Source: Trueperaceae bacterium (GTDB lineage: Bacteria > Deinococcota > Deinococci > Deinococcales > Trueperaceae). From it: a DNA stretch of 64,000 nt. Every line of letters begins with the position of its first letter. The first letter of the stretch is position 1. This document shows, piece by piece, positions 19,278 through 30,564 of the stretch. Where the stretch lies: the NCBI GenBank assembly GCA_965214405.1, contig OZ243956.1:3552001-3616000 (forward strand), written 5' to 3'. A model generated the notes under the pieces. The model saw only the letters and a list, made by a program, of their open reading frames with translations. It made no database searches and was not told the origin of the DNA. The position numbers and the translations under genes are program-made.

Positions 19278-19904
19278 CTAAATCAGAAAGGGATTGTTCC
19301 GGGCCTCCTCCCCAACCGTCGTGGCGGGTCCGTGACCTGGATACACCTTTGTCTCGGGCGGCAGGGTAATGAGTTTTGTTCGGATGCTCTCGAGCAGCCT
19401 CGCATGGTCGCCCCCCGGCAAGTCGGTGCGACCAATCGAACCCTGAAAAAGTGCGTCACCCGCGATAACCACGTCCTCTTCGGGGAGGTAAAACGCGATA
19501 TGTCCCGGCGCGTGTCCGGGTGTAAAGAGACAGCGGGCCTGTAAACTGCCAAGAGTCAGGGTCTGTCCGTCAGAAAGAGGTAAAAAGTTCGTCGGAGGCT
19601 GCTTGAGAGGGATGCCCCAGCGCGCGGCGGACGCGCTCGCGTGCTCGAGCAGCGGCGCGTCGGCGGGATGCAGGTAAAGGGGGACGGGATAGCGCTCTAA
19701 AATATCCGCTACCGCGCCCACATGGTCAAAGTGCGCGTGAGTGAGCCAAACGGCTCGGAGCGTCAAGCCCCGAGTATCCAAAGCCTCGAGCAGCCGCGCG
19801 GCCTCGTCGCCGGGGTCAATCAGCACGGCTTCTTTTGTGCCCAAGTCGGCGAGCAGGTAACAGTTTTCTTGTAAGGGTCCGACGGTGAGGTGCTCGAGTA
19901 TCAT
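19278..19904 (-). CDS. MBL-fold metallo-hydrolase (glyoxalase II-like)
   Basis: THAHFDH, TPGHAPG, GDALF and PGHG. Confidence 0.93.
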   Translation of the reverse strand: MILEHLTVGPLQENCYLLADLGTKEAVLIDPGDEAARLLEALDTRGLTLRAVWLTHAHFDHVGAVADILERYPVPLYLHPADAPLLEHASASAARWGIPLKQPPTNFLPLSDGQTLTLGSLQARCLFTPGHAPGHIAFYLPEEDVVIAGDALFQGSIGRTDLPGGDHARLLESIRTKLITLPPETKVYPGHGPATTVGEEARNNPFLI

Positions 19905-19918
19905 GCGCCACTCTACCG

Positions 19919-20557
19919 CTAGCGCGAGGCGGCGTTGCGGAGCCAGGTCGAAAGGATGTCGCCGTACATCCTCAAGCGCACCCTAAACCCCCGCCAGAAG
20001 CCCCGCTTTTCCTCCTTCATCACCTGCGACACGCCCGGCAGGAGCACGTCGAGCGTACGCCACCCCCCGTGTCTGGCGGTTTCGGTAATCGCAATCTCGA
20101 CGCCGTAGCGGCTGTAGATGAGGCCGGGCACCTCCAGCAGCTTGGCTCTAAGAAGCGCGCGCTGCCCGTTGAGTTGCGGCGCGAGACGCTGCGCGGTGCT
20201 CGTCGCCCAGCGGCCCCCCACAAAAATACCGCGCGTCATGTCGGCCTCTCCCACCAGAACGGGCGCGGCGAGCGCGCGGATGTGTGCGGGTGTGAGGCCG
20301 GTTAAGTCGGCGTCCAGGAGGATGATAACGTCGGTTTTCAGGTGCTCGGCCCCCACCCAGACCGCGCCCCCTTTACCCAAGTTTTCGGAGAGCGTCAGCA
20401 CCTCCGCCCCGGCGCGTTTGGCGACGCGCGAGGTCGCGTCCGCCGAGCCGTCGTCCACCACCAGCACCGGCCCCAAACGCGCGGCGAGCGCGGTTTTGAC
20501 CACCTCCGCCACCGAGGCCTCTTCGTTAAAAGCCGGAATGAGAATGCCGCAACGCAT
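19919..20557 (-). CDS. GT2-family glycosyltransferase
   Basis: IPAFNEE, VDDGSAD, GKGGA and LDAD. Confidence 0.92.
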   Translation of the reverse strand: MRCGILIPAFNEEASVAEVVKTALAARLGPVLVVDDGSADATSRVAKRAGAEVLTLSENLGKGGAVWVGAEHLKTDVIILLDADLTGLTPAHIRALAAPVLVGEADMTRGIFVGGRWATSTAQRLAPQLNGQRALLRAKLLEVPGLIYSRYGVEIAITETARHGGWRTLDVLLPGVSQVMKEEKRGFWRGFRVRLRMYGDILSTWLRNAASR

Positions 20558-20647
20558 AGGCCCACAGTCTACTCGATTTGAAGGCGCAAGGCTTCTGTAT
20601 CTTCGGTTGTCACGCTGCTGTGAAACGCTCGAGGACGGCTCCGACGC

Positions 20648-21742
20648 TTATCCCCTGGTGACGAGGTCGCCCACCTCACGGAAGGTGATGAGGAAAATAA
20701 ACGCCAGCACCGTCATAAAGCCCAGAAAGTGGATGAATTCCTCTTGTCCCGGCTTGAAGGGCCTGCCGCGCGCGGCGGTGATGACGGCCAGGAGCATCCG
20801 TCCGCCGTCCAGACCCGGAATAGGCAGCAGGTTGAAAATGGCGAGTGAGAAGTTGAGCAGGCCAGCAATCCAAAGTACGGGGATGATTCCAATGCGCGCC
20901 GCTTGACCCACAAAATTGACAATCTGAACGGGTCCCGCAACGTCATCACTTTGCGCGCCTGTAACCGCCGCGCCGAAGCCTCTGAAGAAACCTCCTACTG
21001 ATTCGGGAACAAAGCGAACCAAAAAAGTGGTCGCCTCGGCCACGGCGGAGGGAAAAGAAATGGCGGGCGGAGGTTCTAATGGCACAGCGCCGTGCGCGAT
21101 ACCAAAAAGAGGTCGGCTACCGTCGGGATTAGGCGCAGGGCTCCAAAGCGTCTCGAGCACCACCGTCTCGCCGCCGCGGTCCAGAGTGAATTGAAGCGTT
21201 CCGCCCCCCCTAACAGCTTGCACCAGCTCATCCGGCGATGGCGTTTGTATACCGTTAAGCTCAAGGATACGGTCTCCGGGCTCGAGGCCCAAACGCGCAG
21301 CAGCGGACTCGTCCGTTACGGCCCCGATCTCAGTAATGGTTGGCATCTGAATACCCGCTGTGGCCGCGCGGTACGTGGGGTCGGCAGTAATAACAATCGC
21401 CACCAGCAGCACCGCCAGCACAAAGTTAGCCAGCACGCCGCCCACCAATACCCAAAGCTTTTGGGGCAGAGTTTTGGTCGAAAAACCTCCCTCTGGGTAG
21501 CGCAGCGTCCCGTCCTCACCGGGTTCGGCGGCCAATCCCGGCAGGTCTACATAACCGCCGATGGGCAGCAGCGACAAACGCCATTCGGTCCCCCGCCAAG
21601 GACGGCGCAACAAAATGGGTCCCATGCCGACGGAAAAAGCGCGTACGCTCACCCCGACGCTTCTGGCGTTGAGATAGTGCGCCAGCTCGTGAATAAGGAC
21701 CGACACGGTTAGGATGGCTAAAAAAGTTACCGCAGTGAGCAT
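20648..21742 (-). CDS. rseP: RIP metalloprotease RseP (M50B, PDZ)
   Basis: HELAH, FSVGMGP, PIGGYV and NLLPIPGLDGGR. Confidence 0.92.
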   Translation of the reverse strand: MLTAVTFLAILTVSVLIHELAHYLNARSVGVSVRAFSVGMGPILLRRPWRGTEWRLSLLPIGGYVDLPGLAAEPGEDGTLRYPEGGFSTKTLPQKLWVLVGGVLANFVLAVLLVAIVITADPTYRAATAGIQMPTITEIGAVTDESAAARLGLEPGDRILELNGIQTPSPDELVQAVRGGGTLQFTLDRGGETVVLETLWSPAPNPDGSRPLFGIAHGAVPLEPPPAISFPSAVAEATTFLVRFVPESVGGFFRGFGAAVTGAQSDDVAGPVQIVNFVGQAARIGIIPVLWIAGLLNFSLAIFNLLPIPGLDGGRMLLAVITAARGRPFKPGQEEFIHFLGFMTVLAFIFLITFREVGDLVTRG

Positions 21743-22018
21743 GATGTCTCGCTCGTTATTGTCATCTTTTCAGTATGCCCCCTCGAGGGCGTTCTGCTTG
21801 TTAGCTGACCCACGGAAGGGAGCCTTCATACATACAAATACCGCTCGACGCCTCCTCTAAGAGTAACGTCGTCTGTTAAACCATCGTTAAACCCCAGCCA
21901 AATTCTGGAATACCCACTGAGCCAGTTTTGAAGATGCGCAGGACTCCGCTTCACAGATTCTTCTTGTACCTCTTTTTCCTTTCTCCTTTAGCCCTTGCTA
22001 GTGCGACTCATCTAAACA

Positions 22019-22418
22019 TTACGGATTTGCGTTTGCAACAGTCACGTCACGAGCACTAACGATGAAATTCACGGTTTTCGTGAGTTCTCCCGGTTTTGAG
22101 TAGAGCGTAAGGGTAACGCCACGCATCCCTCTCGCATCTTCTGGGATTTCTATAGCGTAAGTGACGTAAACGCTGTCAAGATAAGAGGTGATCCGGCGGT
22201 TGTTGCTTTGCCGTACATTCGTGACCTCAAAAACGATTTCTTGGCGGGCTATTTTCGCGTTCCAATGCTCGGGGATGTCTTGCCTCCTGAGGCTGAGCCA
22301 ATTCACCCTGGATTTTAATATATTGCCTTTCCGCGTTGAGTCATCAAATTCAGGGCCGACCTTAGCAATGTCGTCCTCACTAATGCCTAGCTCTTCATCG
22401 CTGTAACGGTCAAACACT
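22019..22418 (-). pseudogene. C-terminal part of an IS-disrupted gene, probably partner of 46600-46746
   Basis: Open frame begins at the IS end with no RBS or promoter; lower GC than its neighbours. Confidence 0.6.
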
Positions 22419-23777
22419 GGGTGCAGCCCGCTAGTGTCGGATTAAGCCGGGGCAGGGTAAGCGAGGTGCCTGAGCTGCCCAAAGTCAATGAGGGAATGTT
22501 TGGCACAGGTCTGGGCACGCAAAGAGGCCATACTGGCAGCACCTTGTTTGGACCAGTGCATCCCGCTTCTTTTCATACGGTTTCCGATAACGGCTTTGTT
22601 CATCCCTTCGATTTGCCCTGAACCGATGGGATAGCCTTTTTCTGTGAACCGAGCATAATCCATACTGTCAAGCCGGGTTTCAAGATACTTTAGAGCAGTT
22701 TGCGCTTTGTCATCCCAGGTGAGCCAGACCTCGGGTTTAGGAAGGTGGTGAGCGAGCCAGTCACGGGCGTTGAGCTGACCCCGATACCAGTCACAGCGGT
22801 GGCGCGTTCTTAGGTCTTCATCCCAAGCCAGTGCTTGCATGATGGTGTCGAGGTACTGAGTGGCGTGGTAGACGTCGGTGATTCTTACGGCGTCGAGATG
22901 ACAAAAGATGTTGTCAATCCAAACGGCTCCATCACCCAAACCGAGCAGCGTATCCGCGGGGGTGACTCCGGCTTCGTTGAGTAAACCCGCCACGAGCGTG
23001 ACAAAGTCTTCGGCACAGCAGCGTTCGGCCAACATCCAGCGCTGACTCGGAGCGGCTTGCGGATAAAGTACGGCTGTTTTGAGTTCCAGGCCAGGACATA
23101 GCCCCTGTTCAGGTTGCCCTAAGACGTAGACGCCGTCCATTTGCAACACCATGACGCGTCCTTGTCGGCGTGCCGCTTCAGGCTCTGAACAAGACAACAG
23201 TCTGTCTGCCACCTCGGCTCGACACGCCTCAGCGTAGGGGCGTTGCAAGCGGTCTAATTCTGACGAGCTAATCCTCAGGCCGAAGTTGCGCGCGATGTAA
23301 GCGCCTTCTTCTAAGGGCACGCGCGCTGCTAAGTCGGTCAGGCAAGCTAAGGCTTTGGGCGTCCAGCCCGAATGGTCTAAGCGTCTATCGAGGATAGCTT
23401 GTTTGGCTCGACCCTCTCTATCAACCAGCCTTTGTACCTCGACATAGACCCGGCCCCACAAGTGCTTAACCGCGCAGCGACGTTTGCCGTTACCCCAATA
23501 GCCTTCAGGTACTTCTCTTTTGTGCTCGGGGGGAAAAGCTCCGGCTATCTGCCAGAGCTTGCATAGTCTCACTCATCATCGCTTGATAATGCGCCAGCAT
23601 CGCCGTCTCAACCTCGGCTACACCCGCATCTTCGGGTAGGTCTCGTTCCAAAGCTTCTAAGTACCTGCCAAACGCTTCCTTCGCCCGTTCTTTCCAATCA
23701 CCTGTCTGGCTCGTTTTCATCCGCCATTCTACCGCTGCTACGCCCCTTTTTCTATCCGCCTATTTGGGGTTGCACCC
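22419..23777 (-). mobile_element. IS element copy 1, ISKra4/ISLre2-type (Mutator-like DDE), 1359 bp
   Basis: Ends GGGTGCAACCC / GGGCTGCACCC. Transposase ORF1 23720-23505 and ORF2 to 22442 carry DG, GDGA, DVYH and GSGQIE motifs. Confidence 0.93.
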
Positions 23778-25223
23778 CACCTCTAGGTAATAGGTGCCGG
23801 GTAGGAGATAAGATGTAAAAGGTCCGTCTGCGTATTCACTCTTCCCGTACGCCTGCTCGGTAGCGTCGTAAAGCGCGTATCCCGGTTTGAACAAGGAGTT
23901 GTCGGACGCCACAGGAGGAGCGCTGACACTCACCATCTGGGCCTCACTCACCGTAAACTTGAACCAGTCAGCATCATAAGGAGACAAGAACAGGTCGCTC
24001 CTGAAATCGAGCGTGATGGGTTTGGCCTCGGCCAGGCTGTTGTTGGGCTCGAACGCGGCGTCGGGTAGCGGGGAAGCCGTCATCGAGAGCGCGTAAGCCG
24101 TCGGACCTCCGTAAACCTGGACGAAGTATGTGCCCGCCCGCAGCTCTACGGGTTGCTCGTAGAGGTTGAACCTGTTCGACTCGCTGTCGTAGAGCGTGTA
24201 GTACGCGCCACCTTCATCCGTAAGAGAAGCGGTGAAGAGTTTGGGTTCGGTGAGCGTGAAGGTAAACCAATCCTGGTCCCCGTCGCCTAAATAAAGCTGC
24301 GTTTTTGGGAAATCCAGAGTGACTTTGGTGGCCTGCTCCTTGGTGTTGTTAGGTTCAAAGGCGCTGTCCGTCGCTTTAACAGCCTCGACTTTCACGCTAT
24401 ATAGCCCATTCCGGGAGCCCGTTGGACCATCCTGCGAGCTATTGATGTGGATGTAGTGCTTGCCCGGCAGCAAGCTCAGGGTTATGACGCCTTTGTTGCT
24501 CTGGGTTTCAAGGCGGTGGGTCTCGAGCCGATTTGCCGTGAGGTTTTTGGTGAGGTCTTCAGGCGTCAGGAAAGCGACGTCAAAGTCGAGGACGGAACGC
24601 AGCTCGATCGACACCGTCACAACCGACGTCTCTCCGAGCTCGAAAGCGAGCCAGTCCTCGTCACCCGGCGTCAAACTCAGTTCATAGGTGCTCCCCAGCT
24701 TGAGGAGGGTGGCTTGGTTGCTGCTGTCGTTTGCCTCCAAGCCGTCGGGGTTGACGGTGTCGAGACGGGGAATCAGGTTTAAGTTCAAGAGCCAAGCGTC
24801 GAAGGTACCGTCGGGGCATCTCTGCTCGAGTTCATCTTCCAAGGTGCCCGTGAGCGTGTTGGCCCGCCAGTCGAGCGAAACCCGGTGGCTTCGGTTGTTG
24901 CCGTAGCGGTCGACAAGCTTGACTTGGCCCGTGACTTTGCTTCCTTTTAGTTCGCCGTCAAACGAGCCCGCACCCTCGGTTCCGTCCCAAAGGTCGACAA
25001 AGGTGACGCTACCCCTAAGACGGTTTTGCTCACGTTTTAAGGTTAGCTCGACGCTCGAGTCGGTGGTCGCTTCGCCCTCACAAATGCTGCCTTGGGAAGC
25101 GTAGTCCAGCCACAGGCCGTCTAGCGTTGCCTCGGGTTGCTCAGAACGGGTGGGCGCGGCGCCGGGGCTCGAGCAAGCGCCCAACAAAACGACAGCCAAG
25201 GATAATGCCAAAACGTTTTTCAT
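23778..25223 (-). pseudogene. N-terminal 482 aa of a PPC-repeat (pre-peptidase C-terminal-like) surface lipoprotein, IS-disrupted
   Basis: Lipobox LLGAC and repeated D-x-x-EPNN...DWF-x-F...GTYY modules. Reads into the IS end (GCNPK*); its C-terminus is at 48106-48534. Confidence 0.88.
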
Positions 25224-25444
25224 TCATAACCTTTGGTGCTCTTCGGGGGACAGGTCCGGAGCCGCCTTGTGCGGTGGCCCGGCCGAGCGGTAGTTGCCCT
25301 TCGCCATCATAGGTGAGACGCAAAAGCTGCGGTGTGAAGTTTTTTAACGGTAGATTTTGTCGCTACTGGCGCTGGTAACGGTGGTAGTCCGGGTTTGTCT
25401 GAACTCCCACACATCTTATCTTTCTACCTTTCCCACTACCTCCA

Positions 25445-27004
25445 CTACTCAGCGTCCGGCCTCCGGCTCGGCGTCACGTAGACGGTCTTCTGCTGGCTAA
25501 AGTGAACCGCGCCGGGGGGCGCGCCCTTGGGTTTCCAGACGTTCTTGCGCAAGGTGTAGTCCACGGGAACGTTGTCGGACTCGCCCGCCTTGGAGTAGGC
25601 GGCGGCGAGCTGGGCGGCGTAGAGCACCGTCTCGAAAGGGACCTCGCTATTTTCGGCCTGAATGACGACGTGCGAGCCGGGGTAGCCCTGCGCGTGGAGC
25701 CACAAGTCGCGGCTCCGGGCGAGCTTAAAGGTGACCGTGTCGTTGTCGCGGGCGTTGCGCCCGACGAGCACCCGGTAGCCCTGCGGGCTCTTGTAGCGGA
25801 TACCGGGCTCGGTGCGGTGCTGGGTCTTGGGCTTTTTCACGTGGATGTCGGCCAGAGCGTTAAGTTCATCCGTGTTCAAATCTCCCAACGACGCCAACAA
25901 CCCCTCCACCTCCACAAGCTCCCCCACCAGGTCCTCCTCGCGGCGTTCGGCCCCGGTAAGCCTCGCCTCACGCTTTTTGGCCCGCTCATATAAGCGCTGC
26001 GCGTTCTCGACCGCGCTCCGTTGGGGCTCGAGCGCCAGCGTCAGCGGCTTGCCCTCAAAGTCGGTCAAGGTGACTTCGCTTGCATTGGGGACTACCTGGT
26101 GCTGAAACGCCATCAGCACGTCCGCCTGCCCTCGCAAAACGTCCGCCTCCCCCGCCGCCTGCCGCGTGCGGTTGATGTCCTCGAGCCGCTTTTCTACCAG
26201 CTTCCGCTTTTCCGACAGCGCGCTCCGCAGCCGCTGCAGCGTCACCTCGCGCGCTTCGGCCTGCCGCAGCGTCTCCACATCAGGGAGCGAGAGCACCGCC
26301 CGCATAGTCGCGCTCGGTTCCTCGACAACGCGGCGCAGGGTCGGCAAGAGCGCGTCCATATCCTCTTTGCTTAGCACTCGAGAGCGCGGCACCCCGGCGG
26401 CCAGCTCGAGCGTACGGGACAAGTCCGACCCGAACCCGTCCACGAGGCTGCGGATATTTTTGAGCTTCTCCCCCACCAGCACCTCGCTCATCTCTTCGTC
26501 GGACGCCCCGCGCGGGTCGAGTTTTTCATAGGGCGGCGGCGGCTCGTAAGGGATGCCCGGCCCGAGTTGGCGAAAGCGGTTGATGTCGCGCGTCACCTCT
26601 CGAGCCACGCCCAGAATCAGCCCGTCCGGGTCGGTCAAGATGAGATTACAGTTGCGCCCGGTGAGTTCGGCCACGAGCACGACCGGGTCGGTACGCACGA
26701 AGCCCTCCGCGCCCTCGAAGTAAAACTTCGCCACCCGGTCAAGCTTGAGCTGTTCCGCGCCCTCGAGCCGTCCCCCCGCCCGCGCGACCAAGAGGTCCTG
26801 AAAGCCGCTGTGGGTTCCTCCTGGCGGTGGCATCTCCCGTTGATACGCCAAACGCGCGTTGGGCGGCTTGTTGTAGAGCCACAGCGCGCCCGTTTTTAGG
26901 GGCAGCACAAAGGTGTGGGCGTCGGGAAAACGCCAGGACAGTCGCGCCGAGGGGAGCTGGGGCTCGAGCGCGCGCAGAACTTCGGCAATGAGTAAGCCTT
27001 CCAT
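25445..27004 (-). CDS. rqcH: Rqc2/RqcH (NFACT, fibronectin-binding-like) ribosome quality control protein
   Basis: DR motif, ELTGRNCNLIL, NAQRLYERAKK, VGRNARDND and WLHAQGYPGSHV. Confidence 0.9.
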   Translation of the reverse strand: MEGLLIAEVLRALEPQLPSARLSWRFPDAHTFVLPLKTGALWLYNKPPNARLAYQREMPPPGGTHSGFQDLLVARAGGRLEGAEQLKLDRVAKFYFEGAEGFVRTDPVVLVAELTGRNCNLILTDPDGLILGVAREVTRDINRFRQLGPGIPYEPPPPYEKLDPRGASDEEMSEVLVGEKLKNIRSLVDGFGSDLSRTLELAAGVPRSRVLSKEDMDALLPTLRRVVEEPSATMRAVLSLPDVETLRQAEAREVTLQRLRSALSEKRKLVEKRLEDINRTRQAAGEADVLRGQADVLMAFQHQVVPNASEVTLTDFEGKPLTLALEPQRSAVENAQRLYERAKKREARLTGAERREEDLVGELVEVEGLLASLGDLNTDELNALADIHVKKPKTQHRTEPGIRYKSPQGYRVLVGRNARDNDTVTFKLARSRDLWLHAQGYPGSHVVIQAENSEVPFETVLYAAQLAAAYSKAGESDNVPVDYTLRKNVWKPKGAPPGAVHFSQQKTVYVTPSRRPDAE

Positions 27005-27190
27005 CCCTCCAGTCTAAGCCCTTTTACAAAACGCTCTTTCGCACGACGCAACGCGCCGAGGCTCCCTTGCTATACTCCTTTGTTGACTTTGACGGCTCGA
27101 GCGCACACAGTACGCGCTAAGTATCACCCGTTCACAACACCGCAAACTCAGGAGTGTGTACATGTCAGGAAACAAATTGTCAGGCAGCCC

Positions 27191-28276
27191 GTGTTAGGCA
27201 TCGGCATCGTGGGACTGCCCAACGTCGGCAAGAGCACGCTTTTCAACGCCATCACCAAGGCGGGGGTCGAGGCGGCGAACTATCCCTTTGCGACGATTGA
27301 CAAAAACGTCGGTGTGGTCGCCGTGCCCGATGAACGCTTGGAGGCGCTTAAAAAGCTTTACATTAAAGGTGCCAAGGTGCCGCCCGTGGTGCCTACGACG
27401 GTCGAATTTGTGGATATCGCGGGGCTTGTCAAAGGGGCGAGTCAGGGCGAGGGGCTGGGTAACCAGTTTCTTGCCAACATCCGCGAGGTCTCGGCGATCG
27501 CCCACGTGGTGCGCTGTTTTGACGACCCCAACGTCGTCCACGTGGCGGGAGAGGTGGACCCGCTGGGCGACATTGAAACCATCAACACCGAGCTTGCGCT
27601 GGCAGATTTGGCGAGTTTGGAACGCCGCACCGACAGGCTTCGCCGCTCCGCCAAGTCAAATAAAGACGACGCGGAGGCCTTGGCGGCGGCTGAAGCGGTG
27701 CTCGAGAGCCTCTCCCAGGGCGTAAGCGCGCGGCGCAGCGGGCTCGAGCTGCCCGCGGACTTTAACCTGCTCACCGCCAAGCCCGTTATCTACGTCTGCA
27801 ACGTGTCCGAAGACAACGTGGTGGACGGCAACGCCTATGTGGACAGAGTGCGCGAGCTCGCCGCGTCGGAAGACGCGGAGGTGGTCGTGATTTCGGCCAA
27901 GATCGAAGGTGAGTTGGGCGAGCTGGGTGACGAGGAAGCCCTGGAGTTTCTTCACGACTTAGGACTCAGCGAACCCGGCTTAAACCGCCTCATCCGCAAG
28001 AGTTACGACGTGCTCGAGCTGCTCACCTTTTTGACCGCGGGCGAAAAAGAGGTGCGCGCCTGGACGGTCACGAAGGGGGCCAAAGCGCCGCAGGCCGCGG
28101 GCGAAATCCACACCGACTTCGAACGAGGCTTTATCCGCGCCGAGGTCATCGGCTGGGACAAACTCGTCGAGGCGGGCGGCGTCCCGCAGGCCAAGTCTAG
28201 GGGCTGGGTCCGCACCGAGGGCAAGGAATACCGGGTGCAAGACGGCGATGTGATGAACTTTTTGTTTAACGTATAG
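27191..28276 (+). CDS. ychF: Redox-regulated ATPase YchF
   Basis: [26 protein letters not shown] and [14 protein letters not shown] start. Confidence 0.97.
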   Translation: MLGIGIVGLPNVGKSTLFNAITKAGVEAANYPFATIDKNVGVVAVPDERLEALKKLYIKGAKVPPVVPTTVEFVDIAGLVKGASQGEGLGNQFLANIREVSAIAHVVRCFDDPNVVHVAGEVDPLGDIETINTELALADLASLERRTDRLRRSAKSNKDDAEALAAAEAVLESLSQGVSARRSGLELPADFNLLTAKPVIYVCNVSEDNVVDGNAYVDRVRELAASEDAEVVVISAKIEGELGELGDEEALEFLHDLGLSEPGLNRLIRKSYDVLELLTFLTAGEKEVRAWTVTKGAKAPQAAGEIHTDFERGFIRAEVIGWDKLVEAGGVPQAKSRGWVRTEGKEYRVQDGDVMNFLFNV

Positions 28277-28389
28277 GGGTTTGGAGCAGGGAGGAAAGGG
28301 CCGAGTTTAGCGTGGGCTTTTTGGTACTCAGGATTTGGTCCTTTTCTCTCCTCCCCCAAAGGCCTCAATCCTGATGGTAAGCTGCTTTT

Positions 28390-29109
28390 ATGCCCGTCGA
28401 AGTCCTCTCCTACCGTCTCGCGCTGCGCGGCAAACCGGTGGGGAGTCTTGTGCTGCGGACGCTTTTGCAGGGGCGGGTGGTGGCGCTCGAGTCCCGCCTC
28501 GCCTTACAAGGCGCGGGAGGGGACTTGAGCGGCGGGGTGGTGCAGACGAGCCGGTTGCAGCTCGGCTCCGGGGGCGAACCCCCCCGCAGCCTGCACTTTC
28601 ATGAAGAGATCTTGGACCGGGGCGAAACGCGGCGCTTCGACGTGCGTTTCGACGCCGATGCGGGCCTTGTCAAGGCCACGCGGGGCTCGGGGGACACGGC
28701 CCAGACGCCCTACCTCCTGCCCTACCTGGACCCCTTAAGCCTCCTCTGGCGGGTGCGGCATTTTGAGAGCGCGACGTCCCTCCGCGTGCCGATGCTCGGG
28801 AAGGAGGTGGTCGTTGAGCGCCTGGGGGACATGCGCCTCGAGACGACCTCCGGCGAGCGTGAGGCCGACGTTTTCTCTCTTCGTCCGGGCGGCGCGTTCG
28901 TCTACGTGGACAAGGCGGCCCCGCACCACCTTCTCAAACTCACTCAGCCCGTAGAAGACGCGCATCTGAACGCGTTTCTCGTTAGGGTAGACGAAGAGGA
29001 CGCATTAGACGCGCCACCAAAGGTACCCTCAAAGCCGATGGCGGCAAAAGAGAGCGAGCGGCGCGGTAAACGGCCCCGCCGCCGTCGCCGGGGCCGCCGC
29101 AAACCCTAA
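28390..29109 (+). CDS. Hypothetical protein (DUF3108-like)
   Basis: YLDPLSLL motif, beta-rich, basic tail; leaderless TAAGCT-N7-ATG. Confidence 0.65.
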   Translation: MPVEVLSYRLALRGKPVGSLVLRTLLQGRVVALESRLALQGAGGDLSGGVVQTSRLQLGSGGEPPRSLHFHEEILDRGETRRFDVRFDADAGLVKATRGSGDTAQTPYLLPYLDPLSLLWRVRHFESATSLRVPMLGKEVVVERLGDMRLETTSGEREADVFSLRPGGAFVYVDKAAPHHLLKLTQPVEDAHLNAFLVRVDEEDALDAPPKVPSKPMAAKESERRGKRPRRRRRGRRKP

Positions 29110-29120
29110 GAAAGCAACCC

Positions 29121-30452
29121 TTAAGAAAGCAACCAGGGCCGCGCGAGCACCGCCAATCCCAAAAAAGATGCAAACCCAACGATGTCGGTGACCGTCGTCA
29201 GGATGATGTTCGACGACTGCGCCGGGTCCTGCCCGACGCGCGCCATCACCAGCGGGATGGCCGCGCCCGCCACCCCGGCGATCACCAAATTGAGCGTCAT
29301 CGCGGTGGCGATAACCACGCCCAGCGCGGTGTTGCCGCTAAACAAGGCAGCCAGCGCGCCCGCCACCAGTCCTGTTACCACGCCGTTGACGAAGCCCACT
29401 CGAGCCTCCTTGAAAAGCGTCCGGCGCGGGCGGCGCGGGTCTATTTCGTCCAGGGCCAGCGAGCGCAGCATCACCGCCAGGGCCTGCGCGCCCGCGTTGC
29501 CGCCCTGCCCCGCCACGACCGGCAAAAAGGCGGCCAGCACGGTGATTTGCTCGATAAGGCCCGTGAACGCGCCCACCACCGCCGCCGCCAAAAAGGCGGT
29601 CGCCAGATTCACCTGAAGCCAGGGCAGCCGCTTCTGAATCGCAAAGAGCGAGGTCGAGGAGGCCTGCTCGTCCGAGCCCGCGCCGAACATCTTTTGGGCG
29701 TCCTCGAAACCCTCCTCTTGCAGTTCGCTCACGAGCTGCGTGGCGAGGACCACACCCTTGATGCGCTTCTCGTCGTCCACCACGGGCACCGCCAGGAGGT
29801 GCTTCTCGAGCAGCAAATCGGCAATGTCATCCAAGTCGTCATCGGTATACACGCTGATCACGTTGCGGACCATGATGTCGGACAGGAGCGCGGATGAGAG
29901 ATTGAGTACGAGGTCGCGCATCATCAGCACGCCCGACAAGCGGCCCGCGTCGTCCACCACGTACACATAGTTGACGTTGCGGCCCACCAGCGCGAGGCGG
30001 CGGAGGCGGGTCAGCGCGTCGGCGACGGTGGCGCGCTCGCGCAGCGCCACGAAGTCGGGGTCCATGATGCTCCCCGCGGTATCCTCCTCATAGTCGCCCA
30101 GCGCCTCGATTTCTTCGGCGTGGAGGCTCGGCAGCGCGCCCAACAGCGCCTCCTCCACCCCCTCGGGCAAATATTCAAAGATGTCGGCGGCCTCCTCCGA
30201 AGGAAGCTCTCTTACTAAGTCCAGCATCTCGTCGGCGTCGGCCTGCATGAGCATCCGCGCGGCGAAAGAGGGCGAAAACCCCTCCATGACGGGGGCGCGG
30301 TAGGGGTCTTCGAGCGCCAGCACTTCTCTCAAGGCCTCGGCGGGCTCGAGCCGCTCCAACACGCGGGCGGAGTCGATGGGGTGGTTTTCTAAAAAGACGC
30401 GGGCGAGTTCGTCGTGAAGGGTGGGAGACAGGGTGGGGGCTCTGGCAGTCAT
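29121..30452 (-). CDS. mgtE: Magnesium transporter MgtE
   Basis: CBS pair, RLPWL, GQGGNAGAQ, DPAQSS and TVTDIVG. Confidence 0.95.
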   Translation of the reverse strand: MTARAPTLSPTLHDELARVFLENHPIDSARVLERLEPAEALREVLALEDPYRAPVMEGFSPSFAARMLMQADADEMLDLVRELPSEEAADIFEYLPEGVEEALLGALPSLHAEEIEALGDYEEDTAGSIMDPDFVALRERATVADALTRLRRLALVGRNVNYVYVVDDAGRLSGVLMMRDLVLNLSSALLSDIMVRNVISVYTDDDLDDIADLLLEKHLLAVPVVDDEKRIKGVVLATQLVSELQEEGFEDAQKMFGAGSDEQASSTSLFAIQKRLPWLQVNLATAFLAAAVVGAFTGLIEQITVLAAFLPVVAGQGGNAGAQALAVMLRSLALDEIDPRRPRRTLFKEARVGFVNGVVTGLVAGALAALFSGNTALGVVIATAMTLNLVIAGVAGAAIPLVMARVGQDPAQSSNIILTTVTDIVGFASFLGLAVLARPWLLS

Positions 30453-30564
30453 GACTCCATTGTGACCCATTCTTGTGACCCATTCTCGCTGGTCTTGTCA
30501 CGGGTCTTGTCACAGGGCGTGGCGGAAGCCTGAGAAGGTGCGCTATGCTGGCTTTTCGAGGCTT

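Noticed and set aside
25313..25380. c-di-GMP-I riboswitch suggested by GACGCAAAAG
   Set aside because: It lacks the upstream GGCAAAC/GNRA P2 elements and is on the wrong strand for the adjacent gene.
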